From contig JASFQB010000002.1 in the NCBI GenBank assembly GCA_050115675.1, positions 4,376 through 68,375 of the forward strand: 64,000 nt of DNA. The letters are read 5' to 3'. Origin of the DNA: Candidatus Woesebacteria bacterium. Its GTDB lineage: Bacteria; Patescibacteriota; Saccharimonadia; Saccharimonadales; EFPC-124. Positions 31,663 through 40,624 of this stretch are shown piece by piece (the stretch's first letter is position 1; each line of letters begins with the position of its first letter). Made by a program: the position numbers and the translations under genes. Below the pieces are notes generated by a model, which searched no databases, was not told the origin of the DNA, and saw only the letters and a list, made by a program, of their open reading frames with translations.

Positions 31663-32649
31663 ATGAAACAAAGAGGTTTTAGGTATTGTTCGACGTGTAA
31701 AAACAAGCTAAAAAAGCGGGGCAAAACAGCTTCTGGGGCACAGCGTTGGTACTGCAGAATTTGTGCCACAAGTTTAACGAAACCACGGTCAGATTTGAGC
31801 CGTGGTTTTGTGTTCGAGGACTTTGTTTCGTGGCTGCTTGGCAAGGCTTCGCAGGCTGAGTTGGACGTGTCTGGTCGCACGTTTCGCGACCGAACTTCAT
31901 GGTGCTGGGACGTGCCTGTCCCAAGCGTTTTGACGGGCGAAATACACCACACGGTCATTGTCGATGGTATTCGAGTTGGCGGCAGAGTTTGCCTCATCGC
32001 TAGAACCACAAAGTTTGTCATTGCTTGGCTTTGGGTTCCGTACGAAAGCAGCACTCACTGGATCGAATTGTTCCGTTTGTCGCCACCACCAACTTATGTT
32101 GTCTGTGACGGTCAGAAAGGCCTCCTGAAGGCAATCTCCATCTGTTGGCCCAAGACAGTTGTGCAGCGTTGTCGGTTTCATGCTTGGCTCAATGTGAGGG
32201 CAAAATTAACACTTCATCCTGAATCCAAAGCTGGTCGGGAGTTATTAGGATTGGCTAGAAACTTACCACACGTTCGAACCAAAAAGCAGGCTCGACGCTG
32301 GAAACGACAGCTCAAAAACTGGCATAAAAAACACAAAAAATATGTCAACAAAAAGACCATAAAACACAACCCAAAACCCAGAGAAAGAACCTGGCGTTAT
32401 ACCCACGAACGACTGCGCAGTACATACCGTCAATTGGCAAAAATTACGGACGATTTGCTACGTTCGAGCTACCATCCAAGCCCAAATCTACCGAGCACGA
32501 CCAACCACGTTGAAGGCGGCATTAACAGCCAAATCCGTACCAAAATTAAGCAACACAGAGGCATGACTAATGAGCACCAAAAGGTGCTCATTAGTTGGTA
32601 TCTTTACGCTCGCTCTGAAGAGCAAAAAGCTCCACGTTTTTGCCTATAA
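31663..32649 (+). CDS. IS1249-like (IS256 family, mutator-type) transposase with an N-terminal zinc ribbon
   Basis: CSTC...RWYCRIC zinc ribbon, DDE-region context VIVDGIRVGG ... VVCDGQKGLLKAI ... VVQRCRFHAW. The stop lies inside the right inverted repeat. Confidence 0.8.
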   Translation: MKQRGFRYCSTCKNKLKKRGKTASGAQRWYCRICATSLTKPRSDLSRGFVFEDFVSWLLGKASQAELDVSGRTFRDRTSWCWDVPVPSVLTGEIHHTVIVDGIRVGGRVCLIARTTKFVIAWLWVPYESSTHWIELFRLSPPPTYVVCDGQKGLLKAISICWPKTVVQRCRFHAWLNVRAKLTLHPESKAGRELLGLARNLPHVRTKKQARRWKRQLKNWHKKHKKYVNKKTIKHNPKPRERTWRYTHERLRSTYRQLAKITDDLLRSSYHPSPNLPSTTNHVEGGINSQIRTKIKQHRGMTNEHQKVLISWYLYARSEEQKAPRFCL

Positions 32650-32720
32650 CCCGCCAAAACTTATTTTTTATTTTAGCTGTTTGCGCTGAGCTTTGCCATA
32701 TTTCTGGTTAATGATATACT

Positions 32721-33083
32721 TTGGGGGTCTCATTGTTATCAGCATGCAAGGCCGCAAGAGCTCTGCTTAAGTTAAGCTCCATTCGCAGTGTTTGGATCGA
32801 AGGGAAGGTAAGTAAAGTGAACGAACACTCTACGATGAAAACTTGCGAGCTAGTCGAGTCCGTGAGGAGCCAGTTGCCCCCGATGACCAAATTGGCACTG
32901 GGGCACACAGTCGAATTTGATTCAGGGGTATTCGCAAGGCTTTTGCAGCTTGGCCCTGGGCCTCGGTGCGATGGTAACATCTTCTTTGTCGTCTATAAAA
33001 ACGGTATGAGTGTTGCTACCATTGACTGCGAAGGCGAGATTGAATACACGCTACCGAATCCGGGATGCCCTATTGATGAGTGA
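32721..33083 (+). CDS. hypothetical protein (start uncertain; GTG 32817 or ATG 32835 are more likely)
   Basis: The ORF is followed 8 nt later by a good hairpin terminator. The competing antisense ORF 32708..32980 has no such support. Confidence 0.4.
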   Translation: MGVSLLSACKAARALLKLSSIRSVWIEGKVSKVNEHSTMKTCELVESVRSQLPPMTKLALGHTVEFDSGVFARLLQLGPGPRCDGNIFFVVYKNGMSVATIDCEGEIEYTLPNPGCPIDE

Positions 33084-33090
33084 TTTATGT

Positions 33091-33126
33091 ACGTCGGCAG
33101 GAGTCTCTATCCTGCCGACGTCTTTC
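33091..33126 (+). terminator. hairpin terminator
   Basis: Stem acgtcggcagg / cctgccgacgt followed by cttt. Confidence 0.55.
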
Positions 33127-33435
33127 GCTGCTAAGCTTCACTATGACTCACCAATCATACGACTAGTGGATTACGATCTCGCATGTCATGTAGTATTACT
33201 TTGGAGGATGGTACTGCTCCACGAGGTCTTTAGGCGAATATGACTTACGCAATACCTCGGTGACCTCTTCCTGAATCTTAAGAGCACGATTATTGTTGTT
33301 CGCGAGCGGCGCGTAAACTTTTAGGCCAGGAAGGAGAATCGTTACTTGCCAGGTGCCCGGCCATTTATTTATGGTGTATCGTGCTAGCCAGGACCTTCTT
33401 TGAACCCAGTTTTATTACTGATAAAATTAAATAAA

Positions 33436-33963
33436 ATGAAAAAATCTGTATTAATTACTGCTGTTTCTGGTACGGGCAAAAGTACGGTTTGCAAAGCGCT
33501 TAATGCAAGTGGCTACGATTCTATTGATATCGAGTCTGTAGATGATTTATACGAATTAGTTAACGAAAAAACCGGTGAAATTGTGCCTGGTAACCTAGAG
33601 CAAATTAGCGAAGGTGTTGATTGGAATTGCAATAAGTTAAGGTTAAAAAAACTGGTAGATATCCAAACATCAGAGCTGGCATTTTATTGTGGCGGTATGT
33701 CTAATACTTTTGACGTATGGGACGTTTTTGATTTTGTTATTATGCTAACTGTCTCAGACGAGGCTACAATTAAACGACTTTCAACACGTCGGCTCGGAGA
33801 GTTTGGAAGTACTAAAGTAAATAGAAACTGGGTGTTAAGCTGGAAACATGGTTTTGAAAAACGACTGCTTAATGCTGGCGCAGTGCCTGTAAGCGCAGAA
33901 GCGAACCCTAAAGAAGTTGTAAGACTTATTCTAAGCGTTGTTGATGTTGTAAATGAGGGTTAA
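33436..33963 (+). CDS. P-loop NTPase / small-molecule kinase-like (AAA_33 / adenylate-kinase-like)
   Basis: MKKSVLITAVSGTGKSTVCKAL Walker A at the N-terminus. Size is about 175 aa. Confidence 0.7.
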   Translation: MKKSVLITAVSGTGKSTVCKALNASGYDSIDIESVDDLYELVNEKTGEIVPGNLEQISEGVDWNCNKLRLKKLVDIQTSELAFYCGGMSNTFDVWDVFDFVIMLTVSDEATIKRLSTRRLGEFGSTKVNRNWVLSWKHGFEKRLLNAGAVPVSAEANPKEVVRLILSVVDVVNEG

Positions 33964-34059
33964 GAGGGTGGTTCGTTTGGTGAGCTTTTGTGAATTTGCT
34001 CACAAATAGTAGTTATGAGATAATAAGTTGTGCCAAATTCCTATGAAAGAGGTTGCGCA

Positions 34060-34506
34060 ATGAATGCAAGCCTGCATATAGCAGCGATTGCCGTGTCAGC
34101 TATTCTTGTATTGGCCAGTAGTGCATGTGGTTCGTCAGAGCAAGAGGATGCTAGTGCGGCGATACCTACCGCCATTGGCTGCGAAGATGCAGATAAGTTT
34201 CAGTTGCAAGCTGACGCAAGTGAGTCTGTAGCCAGCGAAGAAGATAACTATAATGGAATCTTGCAGCATCGTGCAGAGGGTATTTTTTGGGCTGTAGCCG
34301 TTTTTACTGCGCATTTGAAGTGTTCGGGAGCCGCTTCCTCCGAAGCCGACCAGTTGATCGTTAGGGCGTTGGCAGAGGCGCGAAAGGCAGGATCTGAATT
34401 TGACTATCGAGGGACGACAAATGGCTGGAATAAAGCAGTAATTATTTTACTACAGGCAAACAGGCTTCTGATGGACAGTCAGGCCGCCACAATTTCCGCA
34501 AAGTGA
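34060..34506 (+). CDS. putative lipoprotein
   Basis: MNASLHIAAIAVSAILVLASSACGSSEQ contains a lipobox-like LASSAC. An AGAGG ribosome-binding site is present. Confidence 0.6.
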   Translation: MNASLHIAAIAVSAILVLASSACGSSEQEDASAAIPTAIGCEDADKFQLQADASESVASEEDNYNGILQHRAEGIFWAVAVFTAHLKCSGAASSEADQLIVRALAEARKAGSEFDYRGTTNGWNKAVIILLQANRLLMDSQAATISAK

Positions 34507-34713
34507 TGGCAGGGCACCGCCCAGTAACTCGGGCGGCGCAAGATATATTAGAATTTAGCAATGCACCATTGCTAGGCGACCTCCTAGCTACGGGCGCTGC
34601 GGATGTGCGTTGACAAGATATTTTGTTTTTGGCTACAATAATACAGTCCTTGGGATGGTTATGTCCTGTTAATAATCTTCCCGTTGTTCATTGCTAGAAG
34701 GCAGGTAGGTGCC

Positions 34714-35316
34714 ATGGGCTACTATGATCTAGATCTTAGAACTCAACTGTTGCTGGAGGCCCTATTTGCCGGTATCAAAATCTCGCCTAGTACTAGAGAG
34801 GGTAGGGTGGCTCTGGATGAAATGACAAAAGAAGGACTATTTGTTTTTTCAAATTCGATGTTTCGTCTTGGCTATTTGCTAACACAAGTCGGAGAACAAG
34901 TAGCTAATAAGGTGTGGCGAGAACTCCCTATTCAGCGGGTTGTTGATACTAGATATTGTGGGCATCCGCAGGTGCGAATTACCCTAAATAGACGTAAAGA
35001 AGAAGAGCTTTTTGTTGTTGGGTCAAAGTATACTAAGGGGCTCAGGTGCGAGAGCTATCTGTTCAGCGTAGGTGGGTGGTTGATCATCCAAGTGATAGAC
35101 GCGATAGGCAGTTCACGTCTGCCGACAAGGCTATTAGGTGGGCGCTTAAGCGGGTTGGCGAAGCATTGTGACTTGGTTTGCTTAACTGATGCTATAAATT
35201 ACCCACGGCGCAAGGCTAGAGTTTTGTGCCGTGGGTATCGTTATTACGTGATATTGATGTTGGGTATGGTGCGGTTATTGCCGACCCCTCAATATCAAGC
35301 TATAATTATCGATTAA
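34714..35316 (+). CDS. hypothetical protein
   Basis: ORF 34684..35316. The Met at 34714 is preceded by aGGcAGGtaGG. No recognisable motif. Confidence 0.45.
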   Translation: MGYYDLDLRTQLLLEALFAGIKISPSTREGRVALDEMTKEGLFVFSNSMFRLGYLLTQVGEQVANKVWRELPIQRVVDTRYCGHPQVRITLNRRKEEELFVVGSKYTKGLRCESYLFSVGGWLIIQVIDAIGSSRLPTRLLGGRLSGLAKHCDLVCLTDAINYPRRKARVLCRGYRYYVILMLGMVRLLPTPQYQAIIID

Positions 35317-35336
35317 TAGGCAAAGAAGGGGTTTAT

Positions 35337-36082
35337 ATGGAGATCATAAGTATTTTTGTAGTATTTTTATTGGTTATTTTAATTGGTGGTGTGCGAATTA
35401 TTAATCAATATGAGCGTGGTGTTATTTTGACTTTGGGTAAATTTAGCGGGATTCGTGAGCTAGGGTTAAGATTGGTTGTGCCAATCATTCAGCGAATGAT
35501 AAAGGTAGATGTGCGCTCAACTCCTGTAGACGTTCCAAGACAAGAGGTTATTACAAAAGACAACGTTACAATAAAAATGTTGATGCTGTAGTTTATTTTA
35601 AGGTTATAGACGCTTCTAGAGCTGTGCTTGAAACTAACAACTATGTATATGCCACTTCGCAGTTTGCTCAGGCTGCTTTAAGGGACGTAGTTGGCAATGT
35701 TGAGCTTGATAGTTTGCTTAGTCAAAGAGAGCAAATTAGCCAGCAAATTAAAAAGATCGTAGACGTAGAGACTGACCAATGGGGTATTGATGTAGAAAAC
35801 GTTAAAATTCAAAATATTGAGTTGCCTCAAGACATGAAGCGCGCCATGGCCAAGCAGGCAGAGGCAGAGCGAGAGCGCCGAGCGGTAATAATTAGTGCAG
35901 CAGCAGAAAAAGCAGCTGCACAAGAGGTTGCAGAAGCAGCTTCTATGCTAAGCAAAACTCCAGGTGGAATAAGCATTAGAACGTTGCAAACTCTTGAAAA
36001 AATCTCGGTTGAGCCATCTCAAAAAATGGTATTTGTTTTGCCAGCCGAACTTATGGATTTTGCGAAAAAAATTGCAAAATAA
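35337..36082 (+). pseudogene. SPFH/band-7 (stomatin/HflK-C-like) gene interrupted by a frameshift
   Basis: MEIISIFVV...INQYERGVILTLGKFSG...ITKDNVTIK stops at 35591. The family continuation VDAVVYFKVIDASRAVLETNNYVYATSQFAQAALRDVVG reads on in another frame from about 35579. The break is at ataaaaatgttgat (35571-35584). Confidence 0.8.
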
Positions 36083-36141
36083 TGTTTGATAACTGAGCTG
36101 TATGCGTCTAAATATAATACGGTGTTATTATATTTAATAAT

Positions 36142-36386
36142 ATGGAAGAAGAAAAATTAGATTTTGGGTCGGTAAGTTCGCCTGTAAAAATCGGCAATAC
36201 TGTGCATCGTCAGGCTGGACCTTTGAGGTGCTTGGTTCTGTATTTGGCTGGCCTGAAGAAGAACTGCATAGGGTGTGTAAATTTGGAGGGAAAAACATTG
36301 AGCCATGGGCAAGCTTTTTGCGTCATGGTGACGTCGAAGAAATTACCTCCGACATGGGCTGGCTGAAGGAAGTTTTAAAAAGCTAG
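36142..36386 (+). pseudogene. remnant of a phosphotransferase (APH/choline-kinase-like) gene with an internal deletion and frameshift
   Basis: The N-terminal piece SSPVKIGNTVHRQAGP is typical of APH-like kinases. A different frame then reads a plausible C-terminus (FEVLGSVFGWPEEELHRVCKFGGKNIEPWASFLRHGDVEEITSDMGWLKEVLKS*). The middle ~200 codons are absent. Confidence 0.5.
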
Positions 36387-36434
36387 ATTAATGGCATGCT
36401 CCCAATGTTGGGCGCTGTACAGTATACTTGTGTC

Positions 36435-36974
36435 ATGAACCTTATCTTTGTGTACGGGCCACCTGCGGTGGGTAAGCACACCGTAGGATTAAGACTGTCT
36501 GAGCTTACAGGATACAAGTTATTTTACAATCATTTGACAGTTCCGGTGGTAAAGGTTATTTATGATCAGGAGTGTCCAAGTCGATCCGAATTACTTAAAA
36601 AGATTAGATTGGCGGTGATTGAATCTGCGGCTTTAAGCGGTATTGATTTAATATTTACGGTGGCGTACTCTGGTGGTCCAGGCGATGAAAGGTTTGTTCA
36701 GGATATTGCTAATATTGTAGAAGCAACTCCTGGTGGTCGCATGATGTATGTGCAGCTTTTTGCGCCAAACGAAGTGTTGCTGCAGCGTGTAGCAGAACCA
36801 TCGCGCAGAGAGCTGCAAGCGCATAAAATGACTGACCCTGTAAGATACGGCGAAAAGCTTAAAACTCGTAATACGATGGTGTCTATTCGTAAAAAAGGTG
36901 TGCTATTGCTAAATACTGCACAATTGTCGGCCGTGCAGTCGGCAGTCGCCATTGTTAGGCATTTTGGGCTTTAG
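36435..36974 (+). CDS. P-loop kinase-like protein (AAA_33 / shikimate-kinase-like)
   Basis: MNLIFVYGPPAVGKHTVGLRL Walker A at the N-terminus. Size is about 180 aa. Confidence 0.65.
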   Translation: MNLIFVYGPPAVGKHTVGLRLSELTGYKLFYNHLTVPVVKVIYDQECPSRSELLKKIRLAVIESAALSGIDLIFTVAYSGGPGDERFVQDIANIVEATPGGRMMYVQLFAPNEVLLQRVAEPSRRELQAHKMTDPVRYGEKLKTRNTMVSIRKKGVLLLNTAQLSAVQSAVAIVRHFGL

Positions 36975-37099
36975 TATCTGCTACTTTATTTGATGTTGAC
37001 ACGCCCAAATATAACTTCCCGATATCTTGCTGTTGGTGTTAAGGCAAGATATCGGGAAGTGATTTTTATTTTTTGGCAAAAACTAAAATAGTTTAAAAG

Positions 37100-37777
37100 G
37101 TGTTTTATCAAATGATAAACGATTTTGCCATTAGAGAAAGCAGCCATGTCCGAGCTGGTAGGTTTAGCCTATTCTTGTTTGTGTACTTTACATTTTTAAT
37201 ATATATTGTAAAATATAGCACTGGGCCCCAATTGGTACATTCTATGGAGGATGAATTGACCTTTCAGAGCGCTTTTGACATTTTTCTGGCAATCACAACC
37301 ATTGTGATAACGGTTATGTACATCTGGCAAAGTGGCTGTCTTTGCGTTTGGCCACTTCTGATTGTTCCGTTTGCTCTTTTGTGGATTCACGTAGTGGGCA
37401 ACTATATGCAAGAGCAAGAAATCGGCGCCAGTTTGGTACGCGGAAGTCTGCATAATATTGGAGTGGCTTCGTGTACTATGACTCTTCCTTTGTTTTGTGT
37501 TCTTTGGCTCGCATCTCGACGCGGTGCGATGCTCCTGCGTAAAACTGCAGTGGAGTTGTACTCTAAATTGTTGTTGGTTGTTTGGGCACTTACAACTTTG
37601 GCAGGGATAGCCTACGAGATTTACACCATTACTTATGATCGCGAGGAAGCCATAAAAATGGGATACTCTGGCAAGATTGACTGGTGGGACATTGCGGCCT
37701 TTGCTCTTGGTTTTGTACTTATGTGCATAAACTACTTGGCTTTGCATCCAGTTGTGATGCGAAGGGCTTGTCGGTAA
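37100..37777 (+). CDS. hypothetical polytopic membrane protein
   Basis: 225-aa ORF with 6 or more hydrophobic helices. The antisense ORF 37196..37747 is judged a shadow. Confidence 0.5.
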   Translation: MFYQMINDFAIRESSHVRAGRFSLFLFVYFTFLIYIVKYSTGPQLVHSMEDELTFQSAFDIFLAITTIVITVMYIWQSGCLCVWPLLIVPFALLWIHVVGNYMQEQEIGASLVRGSLHNIGVASCTMTLPLFCVLWLASRRGAMLLRKTAVELYSKLLLVVWALTTLAGIAYEIYTITYDREEAIKMGYSGKIDWWDIAAFALGFVLMCINYLALHPVVMRRACR

Positions 37778-37848
37778 TGGTGTTTCGCAAAAACTGCTGA
37801 GCTATGTTATGATTGCACATGCAATTGTCGCTCATTTTGGAGGATGGC

Positions 37849-38073
37849 ATGAGTCGTGACGGCAGGAGTTTGCTTTATCGCGTAGGCTCAAAATTCGAGA
37901 ACGGTTATGACGACGGAGACTGGAATGTTAAGCTGATCTATTGGGTTGTGATGACATTTTTGTTCATTGTTAGTGGTGGCCTTATGCTGATTGGCTTCGT
38001 TCCTTGGTATGTTTGGCGTCTTAAGAATAAAGTTGGTAATCAAAATTCGAAACCAGCCACAGATGAAACGTAG
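37849..38073 (+). CDS. small membrane protein
   Basis: GGAGGA ribosome-binding site before the ATG at 37849, one TM helix, and a terminator directly downstream. Confidence 0.5.
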   Translation: MSRDGRSLLYRVGSKFENGYDDGDWNVKLIYWVVMTFLFIVSGGLMLIGFVPWYVWRLKNKVGNQNSKPATDET

Positions 38074-38086
38074 AGTTTTTTGAGTT

Positions 38087-38114
38087 GGCGCTCATCATTG
38101 ATGGGCGCCTTTTT
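38087..38114 (+). terminator. rho-independent terminator
   Basis: Stem ggcgctcat / atgggcgcc followed by TTTTT. Confidence 0.65.
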
Positions 38115-38183
38115 ACTTTTTTGTAGGGTGTTGATATTATAAAAGTAAGCAAAACCGTTAGAATTTATAAGAAAACAGGTGGT

Positions 38184-39821
38184 ATGAATAAAGTTGCAAG
38201 TTATCTGCAAGAGCATCTAAGTGGTGAAGTTATTACGTCGTCTAGCGTGCGAAAGTATTTTTCGACCGACAGTAGTATATTTGAGGTTATTCCAAACTTG
38301 GTCATATATCCTAAAAATGCCAATGATGTTCGTAAAATTGCGCGTTTTACCTGGCAGCTAGCCGAGAAAGGCCATGTTTTGCCAATGACTGCTCGTGGTC
38401 GTGGTAGCGATCAAAGTGGGGCGGCTATAGGTAAAGGCGTTGTTATGGTTTTTCCGGCGCACATGCACAAAATTTTAGAGCTGGATACAAAACAAAGGTT
38501 GGCTCGTGTGCAACCTGGCGTTAGTTTTAGGACGTTTCAAGAGGCAATAAAAACGCATGGTTATTTTTTGCCTTGCTATCCGTCTTCTATAGATTTTTCA
38601 ACAATTGGCGGAGCGGTAGCCAACAACAGTGCGGGCGAAAAATCGCTAAAGTATGGCGATATGAGGCGCTATGTTGACAGCCTAGAGGTTGTGCTAGCGA
38701 ACGGAGAGATAGTCCAAACGGGACGCATCAGCAAGAGGGAGCTAAGTCGCAAAAAGGGTCAAACTAACTTTGAAGGTGAGGTTTACCGTCAGCTTGATAA
38801 CTTAATAACAGACAACTGGGATTTGATTCATAAGCACGCAAATTCTTTAGCAGTGTTTAAAAACTCTGCTGGCTATAGCCTTGCTGACGTAAAACATAAA
38901 GACGGTTCGTTTGACCTTACTCCGCTGATTGTGGGGTCGCAAGGAACTCTGGCGGTCGTAACAGAGGCGATCTTAAGGCTGGAGTCTTATAATCCAAAAA
39001 CCACGCTTTTTGCGGCCTACTTTAAAGACGTTGCTTCTGCTGCTGCGGCAATGCCAAGCTTGCTTGAGCTGGAGCCAAGCGCTGTAGAGATGATAAATGA
39101 TCGTTTGCTTGAGTTTATTGGCAAGGTCAATCCTGCCAGGCTTAAAGATTTGGTAGAAGAACCGTACCCGGGTGTTATCTTGCTAATTGAGTTCGATGAT
39201 ATGGGTGACCGAAAGCAACATTCTAAGGCGAAGAAGCTAGAAAAAATTCTAGACAAAAGCTGTGATCGCTATGCACAGACTGATGACTTTGACGAGCAAG
39301 ATAGGCTGTGGTCGTTGCGCCATGCTGCAGCCGAACTGATTACCTCGTCAACAGGTAGTGCAATGGCTTTGCCAATTCTTGAAGACGGAATTGTGCCAAA
39401 AGAGAACTTTCAAAAATTTGTTGAGCGTATTTACGTTTTATTTGATAAGTATCGCCTGTCTGCCGCAGCTTGGGGTCATGCTGGCGATGCTAATATTAGC
39501 ACGCGTCCGTTTTTGGACTTGGCGAAGGTTAATGATCGTCAAAAAGTGTTTAAGTTAATGGACGAATATTATGACATTATTGCCGATTTGGGGGGTAGTA
39601 CAAGTGGCGAGTATGGCGATGGCCGCTTGCGTGCGCCATACTTGGCAAAAGTGTGTGGCGACGATATGTACAAGCTATTCTGCGCTGTTAAAAGAGCCTT
39701 TGACCCGTATGGCACGCTAAATGCTGGTGTTAAAGTAGAGGTAACAAAAGAGTCGTTGGTCGCTGTAATTCGTAAGGAATTTGCGGCAGATCATTTATAT
39801 GATCATTTACCCAAGCTTTAA
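38184..39821 (+). CDS. FAD-binding oxidoreductase (FAD_binding_4; GlcD / D-lactate dehydrogenase family)
   Basis: PCMH-type FAD-binding region (YPKNANDVRKIARF..., ARGRGSDQSGAAIGKGVVMVF, GGAVANNSAGEKSLKYG) and a C-terminal FAD-oxidase domain. Confidence 0.8.
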   Translation: MNKVASYLQEHLSGEVITSSSVRKYFSTDSSIFEVIPNLVIYPKNANDVRKIARFTWQLAEKGHVLPMTARGRGSDQSGAAIGKGVVMVFPAHMHKILELDTKQRLARVQPGVSFRTFQEAIKTHGYFLPCYPSSIDFSTIGGAVANNSAGEKSLKYGDMRRYVDSLEVVLANGEIVQTGRISKRELSRKKGQTNFEGEVYRQLDNLITDNWDLIHKHANSLAVFKNSAGYSLADVKHKDGSFDLTPLIVGSQGTLAVVTEAILRLESYNPKTTLFAAYFKDVASAAAAMPSLLELEPSAVEMINDRLLEFIGKVNPARLKDLVEEPYPGVILLIEFDDMGDRKQHSKAKKLEKILDKSCDRYAQTDDFDEQDRLWSLRHAAAELITSSTGSAMALPILEDGIVPKENFQKFVERIYVLFDKYRLSAAAWGHAGDANISTRPFLDLAKVNDRQKVFKLMDEYYDIIADLGGSTSGEYGDGRLRAPYLAKVCGDDMYKLFCAVKRAFDPYGTLNAGVKVEVTKESLVAVIRKEFAADHLYDHLPKL

Positions 39822-39882
39822 GCGTGGCTTGTCTTGAATTTTTTAAGCGCAGCAGTTATGCTGTATCTGTTGGTGGTTTTAT

Positions 39883-39969
39883 GCGCGAGTGGCGGAATTG
39901 GTAGACGCGCTAGTTTCAGGTACTAGTGTCCTAACGGACGTGGAGGTTCAAGTCCTCTTTCGCGCACCA
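39883..39969 (+). tRNA. tRNA-Leu (anticodon CAG)
   Basis: Same acceptor, variable and T arms as the tRNA-Leu at 31368. Anticodon loop TTCAGGT, encoded CCA. Confidence 0.9.
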
Positions 39970-40130
39970 AAGTTCAAACCCGGTCATTGTGGCCGGGTTT
40001 CAACTTTGGTTTGTTGAAAAATCCTTGAACCGTAGGTCGAAAACAGCCAGTGACTGTTTGAGTCATTCATACAAAAAACATGCAAAAAGCTTCGTAGAGA
40101 TCAAAAAATAATCTCTACGAAGCCGGTAAT

Positions 40131-40496
40131 TTATCTCCTTCGCTTCGGTTTCTTCAGCCAAGACGAAATGATGATGGGCGCCAAGGCCGGTGCGACAATT
40201 TCGTATTTGCCATGCAGGACGGCAATGACAATCACGATGAATCCGGCGCAAAAAAGAATGTTGAACAACTTGTTTCTTGACGTCATTGCCTTAAATTCGC
40301 TGTCACTGGGTAGCTTTTTGTAGACCATGACAGGGAAGAACGCACCAACGAAAGTTACGGTGATGTACGCAACTGCCTGGCCTGATGGCGCAGCCAATCC
40401 AGCTAGTGTTAGCTCAGTGATAATCATAACTGCGTAAAGCAAACTGACCATAATCTGTTTTGGATTTGTTGGCTGCGTAGATGTCTGGTTGCGCAT
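40131..40496 (-). CDS. hypothetical small membrane protein
   Basis: 121-aa ORF with four hydrophobic helices. Confidence 0.55.
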   Translation of the reverse strand: MRNQTSTQPTNPKQIMVSLLYAVMIITELTLAGLAAPSGQAVAYITVTFVGAFFPVMVYKKLPSDSEFKAMTSRNKLFNILFCAGFIVIVIAVLHGKYEIVAPALAPIIISSWLKKPKRRR

Positions 40497-40624
40497 TATT
40501 ACACTCCTTGACTATAGAGTTAACAGCCACTGGCAGGTAATAAGTATATAACTAAAAGTAGATAAGGTCAAGTTTAGATTATTTTTTTGGGTTTTCTTGT
40601 CGCTTAAGGTTTATTGATGATAAA

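Larger units (their letters stand above)
31580..32649 (+). mobile_element. insertion sequence, IS256 family / IS1249-like, ~1.07 kb
   Basis: 25-bp imperfect terminal inverted repeats (21/25): ttataggcactttcgtggagctttt at 31580-31604 versus the reverse complement of 32625-32649. They enclose a single transposase ORF. No clear target-site duplication was seen. Confidence 0.8.

Noticed and set aside
33135-33420. Minus-strand open frame (...KWPGTWQVTILLPGLKVYAPLANNNNRALKIQEEVTEVLRKSYSPKDLVEQYHPPK*)
   Set aside because: It has no ATG, GTG or TTG start in frame after the upstream stop and no recognisable family. It may be a truncated remnant and is not supportable as a gene.
37196-37747. 183-aa minus-strand ORF overlapping the 37100..37777 membrane-protein ORF
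   Set aside because: The plus-strand frame gives a coherent polytopic membrane protein, whereas the minus frame is basic and low-complexity. This is an uncertain call, and only the plus-strand ORF was kept.
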